Notes: generated from the letters alone by a model not told the origin. A DNA stretch of 64,000 bases from Dehalococcoidia bacterium (GCA_963662435.1 OY759598.1:2078507-2142506), one strand, 5' to 3'. Numbered from the stretch's first letter, positions 1-10,801 are shown. Translations and numbers: made by a program.

Positions 1-1
1 G

Positions 2-1729
2 CCATCACCGGCATGGCTGCAGGAGGCTCTCACCAGCGTGGGGGTGCGCCCGATCAACAACATCGTCGACGTGACGAACTTCGTGATGATGGAGTACGGT
101 CAGCCGCTGCACGCCTTTGATTTCGACACGATTGGTGACTCGACCGTCATCGTGAGGGCGGCAAGGCCCGGTGAGAAGTTCACCACGCTGGACGAAGAGG
201 ACCGTACTCTCGAACCTCCTATGCTGACTATCGCCGACTCGCAAGACGCGATAGCGCTGGCAGGCGTCATGGGCGGGCAGAACACCGAGGTCGGCGACTC
301 GACCACCAACGTCCTGATCGAGTCGGCGAACTTCGATGCGACTAACACGCGGAACACTGCCACGGGTCTGGGCATGAGGACCGAGGCGTCTTACCGGTTC
401 GAACGAGGCATCCGGCAGGACCTCGTGCCACGGGCGCTGCGACGGGCTACGGCGTTAATGCTCGAACTCGCGGGCGGCGTCGCGGCGAAGGGAATCATCG
501 ACGTATTTCCCGTGGTCAAGACGCCCCCTACCCTGACCATTGGGCCGGAACAGTTCAGGCGGGTCTTGGGCACCGACATTTCCCTCGATACGATACAGCG
601 AGTCTTGAACTCGCTGGGTTTCGAGACGGCGCGAGACGGAAATTCGCTAGAGGTCCAGTGCCCGTACTGGAGGGCGGATATCACCATAGCGGAGGACCTG
701 GTAGAAGAGGTCGCGCGAATCGTTGGATACGACGACGTGCCAGCGACTTTGATGTCGACCGAGATACCGCACCACCAGCCAAATGCCGAACAAGTGGTGA
801 GAGAGCGTGTCCGGGACGCGCTGGTGTCGGCGGGAATGCAAGAGACGATCTCCTATTCGGCCACCAGCCTTGATGCACTCAAAAGCGTCGAGATACGAAC
901 GGAGGAACCGGAAGCTCCGCTGAAGCTGTCGAATCCGATGAGCAGCGATCTCTCGCATATGCGGACGACGCTTCGCGCAGGAGTACTGCAGACGCTCTCA
1001 TTCAACCGAAGAATGTCACGGGGAGAGGGACTGCGCCTCTTCGAAATCGGGGCTGTTTACCTCCCAAAGGAGGAGGCGAAGGTGCGCGACCTGCCGGACG
1101 AGAAGGAAATGCTCGTGGGCGTTCTTTCCGGTCCGCGTTCGGAGGCTTCCTGGCTCGTGCCGGAGGGGGACATGGACTTCTTCGATGCGAAGGGAGTCCT
1201 TGAGGCGGTCTTCGAGGAAATCGGAGTTTCAGCAGGATACGAAGCGGATACCGACCTAATACTCCTTCCCGGCAAGACGGCGCAAGTATTGTGTGGGAAC
1301 AAGCCCGTAGGCACTATTGGAGAGGTGCACCCCAGAGTCCTCGCGCGCTTCGACCTCGACGATGAGAGTGTGGCGCTGTTCGAGATCGACCTGGAGGCTG
1401 TGTACGCCGCTGCCGGCAGGGTAAGCGTCCAATACGCGCCGATAAGCCGGTACCCTGAAGCCGAACAGGACATCGCCCTTGTCGTGGATGCGGACGTGGC
1501 CGCCTCACGAATTCAGATGATCATCAACCGCCACCGCCTCGTGAAGAAGAGCGCACCCTTCGACCTGTATACCGGAGAGGGAGTCCCGCCGGGCAAGCGG
1601 TCCATTGCGTTCCGCGTGACCTTCCAGTCCGACAGGTCGACGTTGACCGGCGATCTGGTGGACAAGGCGCGAGGCGACATCATGAGACAGCTCCAGCGTG
1701 AGTTCGACGCCACGTTGCGTGGCGAGTGA
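2..1729 (+). CDS. pheT: Phenylalanyl-tRNA synthetase beta subunit (5' end outside window)
   Basis: RPINNIVDVTNFVMMEYGQPLHAFD, EASYRFERG, B5 motif PYWRADITIAEDLVEEVARIVGY, C-terminal anticodon-binding FDX-ACB region. Confidence 0.97.
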   Translation, partial: PSPAWLQEALTSVGVRPINNIVDVTNFVMMEYGQPLHAFDFDTIGDSTVIVRAARPGEKFTTLDEEDRTLEPPMLTIADSQDAIALAGVMGGQNTEVGDSTTNVLIESANFDATNTRNTATGLGMRTEASYRFERGIRQDLVPRALRRATALMLELAGGVAAKGIIDVFPVVKTPPTLTIGPEQFRRVLGTDISLDTIQRVLNSLGFETARDGNSLEVQCPYWRADITIAEDLVEEVARIVGYDDVPATLMSTEIPHHQPNAEQVVRERVRDALVSAGMQETISYSATSLDALKSVEIRTEEPEAPLKLSNPMSSDLSHMRTTLRAGVLQTLSFNRRMSRGEGLRLFEIGAVYLPKEEAKVRDLPDEKEMLVGVLSGPRSEASWLVPEGDMDFFDAKGVLEAVFEEIGVSAGYEADTDLILLPGKTAQVLCGNKPVGTIGEVHPRVLARFDLDDESVALFEIDLEAVYAAAGRVSVQYAPISRYPEAEQDIALVVDADVAASRIQMIINRHRLVKKSAPFDLYTGEGVPPGKRSIAFRVTFQSDRSTLTGDLVDKARGDIMRQLQREFDATLRGE

Positions 1730-1770
1730 CTAGCGCACCGTCAGGAATTGAGAGCATGCCCAAGAGTGAC

Positions 1771-1837
1771 CCATTCACCCTGTGCCTGTCGAAGGGTCGA
1801 TTCGCCGTTCATGGTTCGATGAGCTCACTACGAACGG
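1771..1837. repeat. REP-like palindromic repeat pair (CCTGAGCCTGTCGAAG family)
   Basis: Two inverted units; same consensus at 10802, 10978, 17755-17900 and 36281. Confidence 0.75.
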
Positions 1838-1891
1838 GCCGGGTCGCCCATAGGACACACATTAGGAAAGTGTCTGCAAGGAGATTGACAG

Positions 1892-3199
1892 GTGCGTAAG
1901 CATCGGGAACACCTTCACGGACATCGACACGCGGACATGATCTCCGTAGAGGATGCGCGGGAGCGCATTCTCGGCTTCTTCTCGCAGCTTGATACGGAAG
2001 AACGCCCGATTGCCGACGCGCTCGGACAGGTTGTGGTCGAGGACATCGTCGGCAAGTTCGACGTTCCTCCTTGGGACAACTCGGCGATGGACGGGTATGC
2101 CCTCCAAGCGGGGGATATTGATGACGCCCATCCTGAAGCGCCGGTCACGCTGAATGTCATCGGCTCAATAGCCGCGGGCGATATGCCCTCCCAGTGCGTG
2201 AAACAGGGCGCGGCCATTCGGATTATGACTGGCGCGCCGGTGCCCGAAGGGGCCGACGCCGTTGTGCCGTTCGAGGATACCGACGAGGGCGAGCGCGGCA
2301 TGGGAGGCCGGACGCCCAACGAGATTTCCGTGCGGATACCCGTGCCTCCGGGTGGCAATGTCCGACCGGCCGGTGGGGACATCGCGGCCGGGCAAACGGT
2401 TATCGAGGCCGGGTCCGTTTTGCGTTCCTCGGAGATCGGCGTTCTTGCATCGTTGGGCTTCGGATCGGTGAAGGTCATCAGGCGTCCAGTCGCGGCGATT
2501 CTCGCGACGGGAAACGAGCTCATCGAGCCGGATGAGCCGTACGAGCCGGGCAAGATATACAACTCCAATAGCTATGGCGTGGCGGCTGCGGTACGAGCCG
2601 CGGGCGGGATACCCAAGCGACTAGGTATCGCGCGCGACACCGTCGAGTCGATCTCAAGCGCTCTGCAGGAGGGCATGGCGGAGGCGGACGTGGTCATCTC
2701 GACGGCGGGAGTCTCAAAGGGAGACTACGATCTCGTCAAAGACGTGCTCGCCCAGCACGGCACGATAGAGCTGTGGTCGGTGCGGATGCGTCCGGCCAAG
2801 CCGCTAGCCTTCGGGATGCTCTCAGGCGACGGCGGGAGACTGGTGCCGTTGCTCGGTCTTCCGGGGAACCCTGTCAGCTCTCTCGTAGCTTTCGAGCAGT
2901 TGGGAAGGCCGGCGCTCTACAAGATGATGGGACGCGGCGACTTCGAGCGTCCTACCGTTCAGGCCGTTCTGGAAGAGCCGATCCACAATCACGACTCCCG
3001 GCGCGTATACGCGCGGGCTATCATCACGAAGCGAATCGGCACCTATTATGCCAAGCTCACGGGGGAGCAGGGTTCGAACGTCCTCACGTCGATGTCACGC
3101 GCGAACGGGCTTGCCATTTGCCCCGAGGACGACCCGATCAAAGAGGCGGGAGAGGTCGTGACCGTGCAGATGACCGACTGGCCGGAGTCAGTGTTCTAG
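1892..3199 (+). CDS. moeA: Molybdopterin molybdotransferase
   Basis: PPWDNSAMDGYA, IMTGAPVPEGADAVV, ATGNEL, GLPGNPVSS motifs; AAGGAG upstream of GTG. Confidence 0.95.
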   Translation: MRKHREHLHGHRHADMISVEDARERILGFFSQLDTEERPIADALGQVVVEDIVGKFDVPPWDNSAMDGYALQAGDIDDAHPEAPVTLNVIGSIAAGDMPSQCVKQGAAIRIMTGAPVPEGADAVVPFEDTDEGERGMGGRTPNEISVRIPVPPGGNVRPAGGDIAAGQTVIEAGSVLRSSEIGVLASLGFGSVKVIRRPVAAILATGNELIEPDEPYEPGKIYNSNSYGVAAAVRAAGGIPKRLGIARDTVESISSALQEGMAEADVVISTAGVSKGDYDLVKDVLAQHGTIELWSVRMRPAKPLAFGMLSGDGGRLVPLLGLPGNPVSSLVAFEQLGRPALYKMMGRGDFERPTVQAVLEEPIHNHDSRRVYARAIITKRIGTYYAKLTGEQGSNVLTSMSRANGLAICPEDDPIKEAGEVVTVQMTDWPESVF

Positions 3200-3275
3200 G
3201 CTGGTCCGGCGTCCCCACTCATTCCAACGAACGACGACCATTTCCTGGCAGTGACCTAGTGTGAACTGCCGCATC

Positions 3276-3638
3276 TCACGACGCGGGTTCCCATAGTTCG
3301 AGCGCGTTTCCTTCGGGGTCGTAGATGCGGGCGAAGCGGCCAATGCCCTCCATCTCGCTTTCGTGGCTGACCTCGATATCCGCAGACTTCAGCTGTGCGA
3401 CCATCGCGTCCAAATCGGCCACGCGGAAATTCAGCATGAAGGTCTTGTCCCCTGCGAAATAGTCCGTATCAGCATCGAAGGGTGAGAAGACCGTGACCCC
3501 GGACTCGGTCACCCAAGGCTCCATCTCCATGTTCGTCGGAGCAGGATTGATGCCAAGGTGGTCCTGGTACCATTTCGCAAGTCCTTCCGGGTCCTTTGCC
3601 CGAAAGAAGAACCCGCCGAATCCCTGAACTGTTTGCAT
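3276..3638 (-). CDS. VOC/glyoxalase family protein
   Basis: GGFFFRAKDP, MLNFRVADLD, DPEGNALELWEP; RBS GAGGTG. Confidence 0.9.
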   Translation of the reverse strand: MQTVQGFGGFFFRAKDPEGLAKWYQDHLGINPAPTNMEMEPWVTESGVTVFSPFDADTDYFAGDKTFMLNFRVADLDAMVAQLKSADIEVSHESEMEGIGRFARIYDPEGNALELWEPAS

Positions 3639-3855
3639 GCTTCACCTCTCTTTGCGCGGTAGGTGTTAGAGGCCGTTTTCGCGCTCGACCGGAGGGAGTC
3701 TAAGAGCGGACCACCCTTGCCGGCATTCTACGTGAGGCTGTCCGAAAACCCTAACAAGCGGATAATGCGCTAAGGAATCCAGTATTGGTGCCTTACTTGC
3801 TCCGCTGGCACTCAGTCAACTTGACTATGCCGAACAGCCAGATGCCGGTCTATCG

Positions 3856-3916
3856 CCTCTCCCGCCGCGGGAGAGGGCTAGAGCCTGCCCCGAACTCGAT
3901 ACGGGGGTGAGGGTGA
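3856..3916. repeat. REP-like hairpin repeat (CCTCTCCC..GGGAGAGGG..GGGGTGAGGG family)
   Basis: Palindromic; related unit at about 10905-10945. Confidence 0.55.
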
Positions 3917-3950
3917 ATCGCAATATCAAATTCATGTGGAACCGGTACTA

Positions 3951-5213
3951 TCACCGATTCACTGAGCCCAGCGACTCGACGAGTCTTCCACGCGCCACTT
4001 CCGACTGTTCTCCCTGCGACAGGTCGCGGAGGACGACGGTGTCATTAGCGATCTCGTTGTCGCCGATGATGACGGCGTGAGTGGCGTCGATCGAGGTCGC
4101 GTACCTGAGTTGGCTGCGCAGACCTCTCGGCGGGCCGAGCACGGAGGCTATTCCGGCGCGACGGAGTTCCGACGCAAGCTGAAGCCCGGACGCCTTAGCC
4201 GCTTCGCCGATATGTGCTACGAGGACCGTCGTCTGCCTTTCCGATGGGGACAGTGTCCCCCTCTTCTTGGCTTCGGCGACCACGCGCTCGATTCCCATAG
4301 CGAATCCGATTCCGGGCGTGGGCTGGCCGCCAAGTTCTTCAATGAGCCCGTCATAGCGCCCTCCCGCCAGGATCGTGCTCTGACGACGGGCGTCCGGGGG
4401 TACGAACTCGAAGACGGTGCGCGTGTAGTAATCAAGGCCGCGCACGAGAGTGGGGTCGATCTCGTAGGGTATGCCAAGGGCGTCGAGGCTCCTTAGGAGG
4501 CTGTCCCAATGGGCCTTCGACTCGTCCGATAGGTAGTCGATGCTCTTGGGCGCATCGGGCAGTAGGGGCTGTACCTCGTCGTCCTTGGAGTCGAGCACGC
4601 GAAGGGTGTTCTCCCTCAACCGGCGTTGATCGTCCTGCGACAGGCCATCCGCATGAGGAGCAAAGTAATCGCGAAGGGCCTCCAGGTACGCCGGACGCGA
4701 CTCAGCGTCGCCGATGCTGTTGACGAGCAGCGTCACGTCGGTGATGCCGAACGATTCGAGTACCCGCCAGGCAAGCTCGATTACCTCGCCGTCGACCGAG
4801 TGGTCAGCGTCTCCAAGCGCCTCCACGCCGAACTGCCAGAACTCCCGGTAGCGTCCGGCCTGGGGCCTCTCGAAACGGTACATTGGCATGATGTAGTACA
4901 GCCGCACCGGCTGAGGCGTATTGTGCAGACCCCTTTCGAGATAGGCCCGGCAGACGCCCGGCGTCCCCTCTGGACGAAGGGTGAGCGAGTGCCCTCCCCT
5001 GTCATCGAAGGTATAGGTCTCCTTCTGCACGATGTCGGTCGACTCGCCGGTCGTTCGCAGGAAGAGGTCGGAGTCTTCGAATGTGGGCGTCAGGATGGGC
5101 GCGTAGCCGAATCTCTCGGCAATCTCGGCGCAGCCGCGCTGCACGGCGAGGCGGTCGCGCTGCTCTTCGGAAAGGATGTCGGTGGTGCCCCTGGGGGCCT
5201 GAAAGGAGGTCAT
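3951..5213 (-). CDS. hisS: Histidyl-tRNA synthetase
   Basis: Starts MTSFQAPRGTTD; LRPEGT, RFERPQAGRYREF, LVRGLDYYT, GGRYDGL. Confidence 0.97.
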   Translation of the reverse strand: MTSFQAPRGTTDILSEEQRDRLAVQRGCAEIAERFGYAPILTPTFEDSDLFLRTTGESTDIVQKETYTFDDRGGHSLTLRPEGTPGVCRAYLERGLHNTPQPVRLYYIMPMYRFERPQAGRYREFWQFGVEALGDADHSVDGEVIELAWRVLESFGITDVTLLVNSIGDAESRPAYLEALRDYFAPHADGLSQDDQRRLRENTLRVLDSKDDEVQPLLPDAPKSIDYLSDESKAHWDSLLRSLDALGIPYEIDPTLVRGLDYYTRTVFEFVPPDARRQSTILAGGRYDGLIEELGGQPTPGIGFAMGIERVVAEAKKRGTLSPSERQTTVLVAHIGEAAKASGLQLASELRRAGIASVLGPPRGLRSQLRYATSIDATHAVIIGDNEIANDTVVLRDLSQGEQSEVARGRLVESLGSVNR

Positions 5214-5267
5214 GGCATCGATGCTACAGGGTACGAGTGCGCTGGGGCGGTAGTCAACGTTTTCCAA

Positions 5268-6489
5268 CAGGGCAATCGCATCTTATTGGGCAAGGACCTT
5301 GAGTAGATAGTCATTGTCCCAGGCGGCGTCTTTTCGTTTGCCGGCGAGGCTGCGCTTGGTGGACTTTTCGGCCTTGAGCAGATTCAGGGCCATGCGGCGT
5401 AGCACAGAGAAGTTCTCTGCCCCGTTCCCGCTACGCACCCGGCTTCCATCCTCATTGAACGTCACGTCCAGCGACCAGTGCAATTGGTTCTCTATGCTCC
5501 AGTGGCTGCGCACCGCGTTGAGCAAGACACTCGCATCGTTTGGCAAGCTCGATATGTAGTAGCGCGACTCCACCGTCGTCTTGCCACCGACGAGTCGCTC
5601 GCCTTCCACCATCACCAACGTATTCAACCCCGGCCACTGCCCATCATCATCCACGTATCTGATGTGGTCGAGATCGGACACGGCCCAGCATCGACGAGTC
5701 TCGACTCGTCCGTGACCCGCATTTATCGTCTCGTGGTAGTCGTGGTCGAGACTGTCGAAGCCGGACTTACGGGCAAGGTCGAAGGTGTCATGCACATCCT
5801 CGTGCAGGCGGCCCTGGTTCTTCTTGACCGCCAGCACGTAGTCGGCTCTCTCCTCCAGGATCTTCGATGCGACCTCCTTCTGGCAGCCCATGGCGTCGAT
5901 AGTCACGATGCACCCTTCGACCTGGAGCATTTCGAGCAGTCGGGGTATAGCCGTGATCTCATTGGAGCGCCCGTCTACTTTGGTCTGTCCGAGTGCTACG
6001 CCGCTCGCAGAGGCCCAAGCGCTGACCATGTGGATCGCATCCTTCCCTATATACCGGTCGTGCGAACGACGCACTCTCTTGCCGTCTATGGCTACGACAT
6101 CACCTTGCAGAACCTCTCGCACAGCCAACACCCACTCGGTGAAGCAGCGCTCGAACTGCTGAGCATCCAGCTTGGCAAAGACCCTGCCAAACGTGTCGTG
6201 GGATGGAATACCGTTAGGGAGGTTCAGCATCTTGCGCAGCCAGTCCGACTTGCGCCTGCCAAACGCCTCCACGTCCACCCAACTGTCCGCACCTGCTATG
6301 ACACCGCAGAGCGCAATGGTGACGATGTCCATTAGATTGTGGCGTTTGGTACGGTCAATACGCGGATCGACCAAGCTGCCAAAGTGTTCGGTCAGGGACG
6401 CTGTGTCACTCGCCATGGGTCACTCTCCACATGAGATTGACCCCAATTCTATAACTTGTCTAAGACTTCATTTAGATGCGATTGCCCTG
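5268..6489 (-). mobile_element. ISAs1-family insertion sequence, complete
   Basis: Terminal inverted repeats CAGGGCAATCGCATCT / AGATGCGATTGCCCTG; perfect 10-bp target duplication CGTTTTCCAA at 5258-5267 and 6490-6499. Confidence 0.95.
5283..6416 (-). CDS. ISAs1-family DDE transposase
   Basis: GIPSHDTFGRVF, AIDGK, SNEITAIP, VTIDAMGCQ, HWSIENQLHWSLDVTFNED. Confidence 0.96.
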   Translation of the reverse strand: MASDTASLTEHFGSLVDPRIDRTKRHNLMDIVTIALCGVIAGADSWVDVEAFGRRKSDWLRKMLNLPNGIPSHDTFGRVFAKLDAQQFERCFTEWVLAVREVLQGDVVAIDGKRVRRSHDRYIGKDAIHMVSAWASASGVALGQTKVDGRSNEITAIPRLLEMLQVEGCIVTIDAMGCQKEVASKILEERADYVLAVKKNQGRLHEDVHDTFDLARKSGFDSLDHDYHETINAGHGRVETRRCWAVSDLDHIRYVDDDGQWPGLNTLVMVEGERLVGGKTTVESRYYISSLPNDASVLLNAVRSHWSIENQLHWSLDVTFNEDGSRVRSGNGAENFSVLRRMALNLLKAEKSTKRSLAGKRKDAAWDNDYLLKVLAQ

Positions 6490-6556
6490 CGTTTTCCAAC
6501 CCTTACGGCATCGGAGTGATTGAGGGTCTCAAATCGCCTCATGGTATACTCACTGC

Positions 6557-8752
6557 ATGACCGTTCAAGACGTGCGGAGCTCGGGCCTCATCGACCTCCT
6601 GCTCGACAAGGCAGGCGAGTATCTTCCGCCCGACAAAGTGGCCGCCGTTCAGGAGGCCTACCGGTTCGCCTCGGATGCTCACGACGGTCAGTTCCGCAAG
6701 TCCGGCGAACCCTTCATCGAACACCCCCTGAACACCGCCCTGTACCTGGCCGACCTGCATCTCGACCCGACGGCACTGGTTGCGGCTCTCCTGCATGACG
6801 TCGTCGAGGACACCCCTGTGACGCAGCGTGAGGTCTCAGAGCGCTTCGGGGAAGAGGTCTCCAAGCTCGTCGACGGCGTGACAAAGCTCACTCAGACGGA
6901 GTTGCTGAACATCAGCGCCGAGGACGAGATACGCCCGCTGCAGAACACGAACGAGGCGGCGCGGGCGGCGAGCATACGCAAGATGCTGATGACCATGGCC
7001 GAGGACGTTCGGGTCGTCATGATCAAGCTTGCCGACCGTCTTCACAACATGCGAACGCTCGAGTCAATGCCGAACGCCAGGAAGCAAGCAATAGCGCAGG
7101 AGACGCTCGACATCTACGCGCCGCTCGCCCACCGGCTTGGCATGTGGGAATTCAAATGGCTGCTGGAGGACCTTGCGTTCCAGCACTTGAACCCGGACGA
7201 ATACCGCAAGATCTCCCGAATGCTGGCGTCCAAGCGCGGCGAGAGAGAAAGCTACACTCAACGCGTGGTGGGCATACTTGAGGACGAGCTGGAAGCCGCT
7301 GGAGTAAGGGCACAGGTGACGGGCCGGCCGAAGCACTTCTACAGCATCCATCGGAAGACCCAAAAGTACGCGGCGCTGAACAGGACGGTCAACGACATCA
7401 ACGACCTGTTCGCATTGCGGGTGATCGTCGATAACGTCGGCGACTGCTACGCGGCGCTGGGCGTAGTTCATGCAAAGTGGAGGCCTCTTCAAGGGGAGTT
7501 CGACGACTACATAGCGAGTCCGAAGGACAACATGTACCAGTCGCTTCACACTGCCGTCCTCTGTGAGGACGCTGCTCCGGTGGAGATTCAGATACGAACT
7601 CGCGAGATGCACCAGCTCGCGGAGTACGGAGTCGCCGCACACTGGCTCTATAAAGAGGGTAGCTCGGACGACCAGTCGTTCGAAGAGAAGATGACCTGGC
7701 TCCGTCAGATCCTTGAGTGGCAGCGGGAGGTGGCCGGGGCCGAGGACTTCGTCGAGAGCTTCAAGACGGACATCTTCAAGAACCAGGTCTATGTGTACAC
7801 GCCCAAGGGAGACCTGAAGGAACTGCCGGTAGGTGCAACGCCCGTAGACTTCGCCTACCGCATTCATACCGACGTCGGGCACCGGTGCATCGGCGCAAAG
7901 GTGAACGGCAAGCTCGTTCCGCTCCAGCATCAACTGGAAATCGGCGACATGGTCGAGATCGTAACCAGCAAGTCGGTCCGGGGCCCAAGTCGTGACTGGC
8001 TGAACGAAAACAAGGGATACCTCCAGACGAGCCACGCCCGGTCAAAGGTCCGCCAGTGGTTCAATCGCCAGGAACGCAAGGCGAGCGTGCAGACGGGCCG
8101 CGAGGTGTTCACCCGAGAGTTCCGCCGCCTCGACACGACGATGAGCGAGGAAGAGATAGCCGATCTCATGGGCTACGCAAACCTCGAGGACTTCTTCGTG
8201 GGACTGGGGAACGGCTCGCTCTCCATGCGCCAGGTGATTGGCAAGCTGACGGCGCTCGTCGACGAGCCCCCGGAAGACGAGACGACGATGCCGGTCACTC
8301 TCCCGGAACCGGAGTCGGGCATCGAGGTGCTGGGCGTTGGAGACCTGCTCACCCGAATGGCCCGGTGCTGCAATCCCATCGGCGGTCACGCGATAATCGG
8401 CTACATCACGCGCGGTCGCGGTATCACCGTACATAGAAGGACCTGTCCAAACTTGATGAGGGAAAGCGAGCGTGAGCGCCTGGTCGAGGTCGATTGGGGC
8501 AAGACGAGGACGCTCTATCCCGTGCAAATTCGCGTTGAGTCATGGGACCGCGTGGGACTGCTGAGCGATGTGACTTCGCTCGTTGCCGATGAGGGTGTTA
8601 ACATCGTTCAGTCAATCACCGGCGGGCAGGAGGATGACCTGAGCATCATCAGTCTCACGGTGACGGTCGAGAACATCGAGCAGATGAACAGGCTCTTCTC
8701 GAAACTCGAGGGCGTTGTCGGCGTCCTGAATGTTTCGCGTATCGTTGGCTAA
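6557..8752 (+). CDS. rel: Bifunctional (p)ppGpp synthetase/hydrolase (long RSH)
   Basis: HD motif LLHDVVED, KLADRLHNMRTL, YQSLHT, EIQIRT, TGS, CC zinc region, ACT domain. Confidence 0.96.
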   Translation: MTVQDVRSSGLIDLLLDKAGEYLPPDKVAAVQEAYRFASDAHDGQFRKSGEPFIEHPLNTALYLADLHLDPTALVAALLHDVVEDTPVTQREVSERFGEEVSKLVDGVTKLTQTELLNISAEDEIRPLQNTNEAARAASIRKMLMTMAEDVRVVMIKLADRLHNMRTLESMPNARKQAIAQETLDIYAPLAHRLGMWEFKWLLEDLAFQHLNPDEYRKISRMLASKRGERESYTQRVVGILEDELEAAGVRAQVTGRPKHFYSIHRKTQKYAALNRTVNDINDLFALRVIVDNVGDCYAALGVVHAKWRPLQGEFDDYIASPKDNMYQSLHTAVLCEDAAPVEIQIRTREMHQLAEYGVAAHWLYKEGSSDDQSFEEKMTWLRQILEWQREVAGAEDFVESFKTDIFKNQVYVYTPKGDLKELPVGATPVDFAYRIHTDVGHRCIGAKVNGKLVPLQHQLEIGDMVEIVTSKSVRGPSRDWLNENKGYLQTSHARSKVRQWFNRQERKASVQTGREVFTREFRRLDTTMSEEEIADLMGYANLEDFFVGLGNGSLSMRQVIGKLTALVDEPPEDETTMPVTLPEPESGIEVLGVGDLLTRMARCCNPIGGHAIIGYITRGRGITVHRRTCPNLMRESERERLVEVDWGKTRTLYPVQIRVESWDRVGLLSDVTSLVADEGVNIVQSITGGQEDDLSIISLTVTVENIEQMNRLFSKLEGVVGVLNVSRIVG

Positions 8753-8759
8753 ACTCTTC

Positions 8760-9464
8760 CTACGAGACCAGCGGCGGCAGTTCTTCCAGCGTTGTTATGC
8801 GCGGGCAGGTGTCGTAATCCCGGTGGTTGCCGTCCCGGTCAATGAGGATAGGGGCTATCCCGACATTTACGGCACCTACGATATCCGAACTGGGTTGATC
8901 TCCGACCATCATGGCCTCACCCGACTCGACTCCCGCCCTTTCAAGGGCGCTCTCAAAGGCGACGGGGTGGGGCTTTTCAAATCCAATCTCCTCGGATGTG
9001 ACCGCAAAGTCCACGTGGTCGGCAAGTTCTAAATCACTCAATAGGTCTGCCCCGCTCATGTTCATGTTTGATATGAGCCCAAGAGTCAGACCCCGCTCCT
9101 TGAGGACAATCAGTGCGGGCAAGACGTCGTCGAACGGCGCCAGCTTCGAGGGCATCTCGCTGAGGCGGTTGAATATTCTCAGCGCGAGATCGTGCGAAGC
9201 TTCGATTCCACATCCGAGAAGCACGAGGCGCTCGTACTCGGCGAAGAATTCGTCCCTACCCCGCCTGTCGCGAGTCCGCAAAGGACGTACCGCATTTTCG
9301 GCAGCCATGAAGGCGTCCGCGCTCGCGTATCCCCTCATAGTCCCTTCGAGTGTAACAGAGGATCCCAGTCCGTATGCGTCGCACGCCCTCCTCTGAAGTT
9401 GGAAGCGGGACGGGCTCCACCCGGCTATGGTGCCGTAAACGTCGAATAAAATCGCACGAATCAT
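8760..9464 (-). CDS. HAD-superfamily hydrolase
   Basis: MIRAILFDVYGT motif I, ISN, EKPHP, VGDQPSSD. Confidence 0.9.
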   Translation of the reverse strand: MIRAILFDVYGTIAGWSPSRFQLQRRACDAYGLGSSVTLEGTMRGYASADAFMAAENAVRPLRTRDRRGRDEFFAEYERLVLLGCGIEASHDLALRIFNRLSEMPSKLAPFDDVLPALIVLKERGLTLGLISNMNMSGADLLSDLELADHVDFAVTSEEIGFEKPHPVAFESALERAGVESGEAMMVGDQPSSDIVGAVNVGIAPILIDRDGNHRDYDTCPRITTLEELPPLVS

Positions 9465-9576
9465 AAGGACACCATAACACCCAGACAAACCGATCCGGCG
9501 AGCAAAATATTACAATCTCCTTAATCGATACTCTGTACAAGTACTGAGACTCCCGGATTCTCGAGTCAAATCAATC

Positions 9577-9605
9577 TTGTAGGCCCTACGGCCACCCACT
9601 ATAAT
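9577..9605 (+). promoter_or_regulatory. Putative sigma70 promoter of dnaJ
   Basis: TTGTAG-N17-TATAAT, 30 nt before the ATG. Confidence 0.6.
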
Positions 9606-9634
9606 GGAGTCGAATCCGTCCAATTCTTAGAGAC

Positions 9635-10771
9635 ATGACTACAAGCAAACGCGACTACTATCAAGTGCTGGGCGTAAGCCGGGGCGCCTCTGACGAGGAC
9701 ATCAAGAAGGCCTTCCGCAAGCTCGCCATGGAGTACCACCCCGACCGCAACAAGGATGCGGCGGCGAGCGAGCGCTTTAAGGAGATCAACGAGGCCTACC
9801 AGGTTCTCAGCGACGCCAAGAAGCGCAGCAGCTACGACACGTTCGGCCATGCGGGAGTCAACGCGAACGGAGGAGGGTTCGAGGGATTCGAGAACTTCGG
9901 AGGCTTCGGCGACATCTTCGATGCCTTCTTCGGCGGGGGAACCCGACAGTCGCCCACATCCGCACGGCGAGGGTCAGACCTCCAGGTAGACATCACCGTC
10001 GACTTCGGGAAGGCGGTCTTTGGGGCCGAAGAGGAGATCGAGATCCGTCGCCACGAGGTGTGCTCTCGATGCCGCGGTGATCGCTCGGAACCCGGTTCCA
10101 CGCCAGATATGTGCACACAGTGTCGAGGCACCGGCCAGGTGCGGCGAAGTCAGCAGGGGATCTTCGGACAGTTCACGCAAGTATCCACCTGCACCATGTG
10201 TCGCGGGGAGGGCCATGTCATCACGTCACCGTGCTCGGAGTGCCGCGCGGCCGGGACGGAGATACGCGACCGCAAGCTGGTAGTCACCATCCCCGCGGGC
10301 ATCGAGTCAAATACCCAGATTCGGCTTACGGGCGAGGGTGAGCCAGGCATGTACGGCGGACCGCCGGGCGACCTGTACGTCGTCGTCAGGGTACGTAAAC
10401 ACAAGCTCTTCAAACGCCAAGGGTACGACATCGTCTACATACAGCACATAAACATCGCCCAGGCGGCACTCGGTCTATACGTGGATGTGCCGACCCTCCA
10501 GGGGACTGAGGAGATCGAAGTCCCCCGCGGAACGCAGTCCGGCGACGTCATACGACTCCGAGGCAAGGGCATTCCTCACCTGAACAATAGGCGCGCACGA
10601 GGCGATCAACTCGTGACCGTGATCGTCGAGACCCCCAAGTCCCTCACCGACGAACAGCGGGAGTTGCTCGTGCAGCTTGCCGAGACCTTCGACGACGATT
10701 CCATCCCATACCAAGACAGGCCCGAGGGCTGGTTCGACAAGCTCAAGCAGTCACTGGGCGCGGACGAGTAG
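9635..10771 (+). CDS. dnaJ: Chaperone DnaJ
   Basis: J domain with HPD, G/F-rich linker, four CxxC zinc motifs, C-terminal domain. Confidence 0.97.
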   Translation: MTTSKRDYYQVLGVSRGASDEDIKKAFRKLAMEYHPDRNKDAAASERFKEINEAYQVLSDAKKRSSYDTFGHAGVNANGGGFEGFENFGGFGDIFDAFFGGGTRQSPTSARRGSDLQVDITVDFGKAVFGAEEEIEIRRHEVCSRCRGDRSEPGSTPDMCTQCRGTGQVRRSQQGIFGQFTQVSTCTMCRGEGHVITSPCSECRAAGTEIRDRKLVVTIPAGIESNTQIRLTGEGEPGMYGGPPGDLYVVVRVRKHKLFKRQGYDIVYIQHINIAQAALGLYVDVPTLQGTEEIEVPRGTQSGDVIRLRGKGIPHLNNRRARGDQLVTVIVETPKSLTDEQRELLVQLAETFDDDSIPYQDRPEGWFDKLKQSLGADE

Positions 10772-10801
10772 GTTTCCCCTCAAGGGATATCATCGGCTTA
10801 C

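Noticed and set aside
7064..8035. Long antisense ORFs (also 20232-21362, 33014-34114, 50130-51188)
   Set aside because: Shadow frames opposite well-supported genes in GC-rich DNA
9544..9570. CIRCE/HrcA operator upstream of dnaJ
   Set aside because: GACTC-N10-GAGTC does not match TTAGCACTC-N9-GAGTGCTAA in sequence or spacing
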